A stretch of 64,000 nt of DNA from Vicinamibacteria bacterium (GTDB lineage Bacteria; Acidobacteriota; Vicinamibacteria; Marinacidobacterales; Marinacidobacteraceae), in assembly GCA_963555995.3 (NCBI GenBank), contig OY821641.1, positions 2,400,001 to 2,464,000 of the forward strand, given 5' to 3'. Every line of letters starts with the position of its first letter. Position 1 is the stretch's first letter. Below the pieces are notes generated by a model. The model saw only the letters and a program-made list of their open reading frames with translations. It had not been told where the DNA came from and made no database searches. Position numbers and translations under genes: made by a program. Shown piece by piece: positions 60,492 through 64,000 of this stretch.

Positions 60492-60519
60492 ACTATACAA
60501 ATACGCATAGATCACGCAA
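60492..60519 (-). promoter_or_regulatory. Probable promoter of the abiE operon (likely leaderless transcript)
   Basis: TTGCGT, 16 bp, TATAGT, then 7 nt to ATG 60484; AT-rich island. Confidence 0.5.
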
Positions 60520-60590
60520 TATTTTCACGACCAAGCGCGATGCGGCGGTGGTCGCAGCGCCGTCAGGGCGAGTTCAACGGTGCGCGGTTT

Positions 60591-60634
60591 CGCTGCGCTT
60601 TGCGCAGCGGTGCCGGTGTGAACACCGGCGCTCC
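60591..60634 (+). repeat. REP-like double-hairpin copy
   Basis: CGCTGCGCTTTGCGCAGCG-GTGCCGGTGTGAACACCGGCGCTCC. Confidence 0.7.
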
Positions 60635-60636
60635 CC

Positions 60637-63600
60637 CTACCGTCCGATGACGCGATAGACGGCGGGGATGATGAGGAGGGTGAGGGCGGTGGAGAGGATC
60701 AGGCCGCCGATGACCGCGATCGCCATGGGGGTGCGCAGCTCGCTGCCCTCCCCGAGACCGATGGCCATGGGGAACAGGCCCAGGACGGTGGTCGAGGTGG
60801 TCATCAGGATCGGGCGGAGACGGACCTTGCCGGCCTGCCGCAGCGCGTCCAGCTTCGCCATGCCGCTCCGGCGGAGGCGGTTCGTGGTGTCGAGCAGCAG
60901 GATGGCGTTGTTCACCACGATGCCCGCCAGCATGATCACCCCGATCAGCACCACCACGCTCACCGTCACCGAGAAGAGCTTGAGCGCGAAGATGACCCCG
61001 ACCAGGGAGAACGGGACGGAGAAGAGGATCACGAAGGGATGGAGCAGCGACTCGAACTGCGAGGCCATCACCAGGTAAACCATGAACACCGCGAGGAGGA
61101 TCGCGAACTGCATGCTCGCGAAGGAGGTCTCCATCTCCTCCTGCTGGCCGCCGAGCCGCCAACTGAAACTGGCGGGCATCGAGATGCCGGCCATCAGCGC
61201 CTCGATGTCGGTGGCCACGCTCCCGAGGTCGCGGCCGACGATGTTCGCGGTGATGGTGGCGACCCGCTCGCCGTCGGCGCGGCGGATCTCCGCCGGGCCG
61301 GTCACCTCTTCAACGTCGGCGACGCTGGAGAGCGGGATGGTGGCGGCGCCGCCGTCGGAGATGTTCAGGTTGCGGAGGTCCTCGACGCTGTCCCGGAACG
61401 ATTCGTCGGCGCGGAGGCGGATATCAATGGACCGGTCCTCGCGCTGGATGTCGGTCGCCACGTCGCCGAGCACCTTGGAGCGGATGAGGGTCCCGAGCTG
61501 GTTCACGTTGTAGCCGAGCGCCGCGACCCGGTCGCGGTGGAACCGCACCTGGAGTTCCGGATTGCCGCCCTCGGTGGACGACTTCACGTCCACGAGCCCG
61601 GGAATCTCCCTCAGACCGGCCACCGCCTCGTCGGCGGTCCGTTCGAGCATGGTCAGGTTGAAGCCCCGGATCTCCAGTTCCACCGGGGTCCGGAAGCTGA
61701 AGTAGGACGGGCGCCCGAAGATGTAGAGGAGATCCTCGTCGCCTTCGAGGTGCGGGCGCAGCTCCGCCATCGCCGCGTCTTCGCGGGCGCGGTCCACCGG
61801 CGGGTCCAGCACCACCGTGAGCTGGCCGATGTTCTCCCGCAGCTCGCCGGCCGCCCCGCCCTGCTGGCTGCTGGTCCCCACCGTCGCGTACACGGTGCGC
61901 ACTCCGGGGATCCCGGCGGCCGCTTCCTCGAGGCGCCCGATGCGCCGGGAGTTGAGATCGAGGTGCGTGCCGGCCGGCAGCTCGGTGTCCACGTAGAACT
62001 CGCCCTGGATGAGTTCGGGGACGAGTTCCGTGCCGAGCGAGGGGAGCGTGTAGAGCGCGCCGGCGAAGAGCGCGACGGCCAGGGCGCCGACCCGGAACGG
62101 ATGGTTCAGGGCCCCGTTCAGGACCGGCGGATACCCGCGGACGATGCCGTCATAGACGAGGCGGAAGAGCCGGCTCGGCAGCCAGAGGATCCCCTTGATG
62201 ACGAGATCCACGCCCCGGAGGACCCCGAACGCGAGGAAGAGCGCGCCCCGGCTCACCGCGGACACGGCCTTGCCGAAGAGACGGCCCGCCCGGGTCCGGA
62301 ACGACGCCCGCTCGGAAGCCGCCACCGGACGGAACTCGCGCGAAGCCAGCATCGGGATCAGGGTGAGCGCGACCAGCAGCGAGACGGCGAGCGAGAACGT
62401 GACCGTGAGCGCCTGATCTCCGAAGAGCTGCCCGGCGATGCCCTCGACGAACACGATGGGAACGAACACGCACACCGTCGTCATGGTGCTCGCGACCACC
62501 GCCTGGCCGACCTCGCCGGTGCCGGCCTGGGAGGCCTCCACGAGGCCCATCCCCTCCTGCCGTTTTCGCTTGATCGCCTCCAGCACCACGATGGAGTTGT
62601 CCACGAGGAGCCCGATCCCGAGGGTGATGCCGCCGAGCGACATGATGTTGAGCGAGACGCCCGACACGTACATCAGGAAGAAGGTCCCGATGACCGAAAT
62701 GGGGATGGAGACCCCGATGATCAGGGTGGAACGGAGTTCTCCGAGGAAGAGGATCAGGACGAAGATCGCGAGGATGCCCCCCATCACCGCCGTCTGCAGC
62801 ACCTCCGAGACCGACTGGCGGATGTAGCGCGCCTGGTCGGTCACCAGGGTGAGCGCGAGGTCCTCCCCCACCTGGTCGAGCCGCTCCTCGAGTTCCCCGA
62901 CCCGCGCGAGAACGTCGTCCGCGACGGTCACCGTGTTCGTGCCGCCCTCCTTGTAGACGGCGACTTCGATGGACTCCCGGCCGTCAATGCGGGTGATGAC
63001 CTCGCGCTCCCTGGCGCCGCGCCGGATGGTGGCCACGTCGTCCAGCCGGATCACCGTGCGTTCCGCGTCCACCACGATGTTGCGCATGTCCTCGGGACGT
63101 TCGAACTCGTTGATGGTGCGCACCAAGTACTCAGTGCCGCCGTCGAGCAGGCGCCCGGCGGTGAGGTTCACGTTCTCCTGGCCGAGCCGGTTCACCACGG
63201 CAGGGACCGAGAGCCCCAGGTTGGCCACCTTCCGCTCGTCAATCTCGACGTGGATCTCCTCCTCGAGCCCGCCGCTCACCAGCACCGCGGCGACGCCCTC
63301 GACGCGCTCGAGGTTGCGCTGGATCTCCTGCTCCGCGATCAGCCGCAGCCGGACGAGGTCCTCCTCTCCGGTCAGCCCGAAACGCAGGATCGGGTCCAGC
63401 GAGGGGTCGAAGCGGAGCAGCGTCGGCCGCGGCGCGTCGAGCGGCAGCCGCACCACGTCGAGGCGTTCGCGCACGTCGAGCGCCGCCATGTCCATGTCGG
63501 TGCCCCACCCGAACTCGAGCGTGACCTCGCTGAGGTCGGGCCGGGAGGAGGAGACGACCCGGACCACGTTGTTGACCACGCCGACCGCGTTCTCGATGGG

Positions 63601-63795
63601 CCGGGTGATCAGGTTCTCGATCTCGCTCGGGGCGGCGCCCTCGTACTCGGTGCGGACGTTCAGCGACGGATAGGTGATGTCCGGGAGGAGGTCCACGGAC
63701 AGGCGGTCGAAGCCGACCACCCCGAACACGACGATCGCGATGAACAGCACCACGACGGTGACCGGGCGCCGGATGGAGAAGTCAACGATGCGCAT
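60637..63795 (-). CDS. RND efflux transporter permease (AcrB/AcrD/AcrF family)
   Basis: SIRRPVT, LNIMSLGG, LVDNSIVVLE, GIVVNNAILL, RLRPILMT. Confidence 0.95.
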   Translation of the reverse strand: MRIVDFSIRRPVTVVVLFIAIVVFGVVGFDRLSVDLLPDITYPSLNVRTEYEGAAPSEIENLITRPIENAVGVVNNVVRVVSSSRPDLSEVTLEFGWGTDMDMAALDVRERLDVVRLPLDAPRPTLLRFDPSLDPILRFGLTGEEDLVRLRLIAEQEIQRNLERVEGVAAVLVSGGLEEEIHVEIDERKVANLGLSVPAVVNRLGQENVNLTAGRLLDGGTEYLVRTINEFERPEDMRNIVVDAERTVIRLDDVATIRRGAREREVITRIDGRESIEVAVYKEGGTNTVTVADDVLARVGELEERLDQVGEDLALTLVTDQARYIRQSVSEVLQTAVMGGILAIFVLILFLGELRSTLIIGVSIPISVIGTFFLMYVSGVSLNIMSLGGITLGIGLLVDNSIVVLEAIKRKRQEGMGLVEASQAGTGEVGQAVVASTMTTVCVFVPIVFVEGIAGQLFGDQALTVTFSLAVSLLVALTLIPMLASREFRPVAASERASFRTRAGRLFGKAVSAVSRGALFLAFGVLRGVDLVIKGILWLPSRLFRLVYDGIVRGYPPVLNGALNHPFRVGALAVALFAGALYTLPSLGTELVPELIQGEFYVDTELPAGTHLDLNSRRIGRLEEAAAGIPGVRTVYATVGTSSQQGGAAGELRENIGQLTVVLDPPVDRAREDAAMAELRPHLEGDEDLLYIFGRPSYFSFRTPVELEIRGFNLTMLERTADEAVAGLREIPGLVDVKSSTEGGNPELQVRFHRDRVAALGYNVNQLGTLIRSKVLGDVATDIQREDRSIDIRLRADESFRDSVEDLRNLNISDGGAATIPLSSVADVEEVTGPAEIRRADGERVATITANIVGRDLGSVATDIEALMAGISMPASFSWRLGGQQEEMETSFASMQFAILLAVFMVYLVMASQFESLLHPFVILFSVPFSLVGVIFALKLFSVTVSVVVLIGVIMLAGIVVNNAILLLDTTNRLRRSGMAKLDALRQAGKVRLRPILMTTSTTVLGLFPMAIGLGEGSELRTPMAIAVIGGLILSTALTLLIIPAVYRVIGR

Positions 63796-63825
63796 CGGTC
63801 GGGGTTGTCGTTGCTGGGACTCCGC

Positions 63826-64000
63826 CTAGCTTTGCGGCCGGCGGCGGCGGGCGATGATCTCCTCGATCTGCGCTTCCGTCATTCCCCGCTCGCGGAGGCG
63901 CTCACGGAGCGCTTCGAGCTGTTCGGGCGTCGGCGCCTGGGTGCGGGACGCGTCGCCCTCCGGGGACGGCCCCCAGCCGCGCTGCACCCGCTCCTCGATC
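63826..64000 (-). CDS. 3' end of an upstream gene, possibly the RND periplasmic adaptor (partial)
   Basis: Open frame ...EQLEALRERLRERGMTEAQIEEIIARRRRPQS*; identity inferred from position only. Confidence 0.5.
   Translation of the reverse strand, partial: IEERVQRGWGPSPEGDASRTQAPTPEQLEALRERLRERGMTEAQIEEIIARRRRPQS

Overview
A very GC-rich bacterial chromosome segment; the gene content suggests an Acidobacteriota-like organism, which is an inference only. It is mostly housekeeping: cdsA 3' end, rseP, dxr, an OSBS/NSAR enzyme, tgt, yajC-secD-secF, a tonB-exbB-exbD-exbD-TPR operon, relA/spoT, mrp, korAB, Ku plus DNA ligase, clpB, kbl, queG, a ferredoxin-NADP reductase and an RND transporter. It also has two tandem TonB-dependent receptors and an uncharacterised DUF1592-DUF1552-ankyrin operon. 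Accessory DNA is concentrated in two places. At 7.9-10.1 kb, a truncated IS110 transposase abuts a REP-like element and is followed by a structured 3' non-coding region, inside a stretch that looks partly mis-assembled (scrambled tgt end, duplicated yajC). At 53.3-60.6 kb there is a family of covarying double-hairpin REP-like repeats, a 5-unit array with ~32-nt period upstream of queG, 3x32-bp tandem repeats, an adenine methyltransferase with a probable endonuclease remnant and an orphan ORF, and an AbiE toxin-antitoxin pair. I recognised no rRNA, tRNA, cas genes or canonical CRISPR array. The best candidates for undescribed biology are the periodic array before queG, the REP family and its link to IS110 and defence genes, the IS110 3' RNA-like region, and the DUF1592-DUF1552-ankyrin module. 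All family assignments come from motif recognition, not from database searches.
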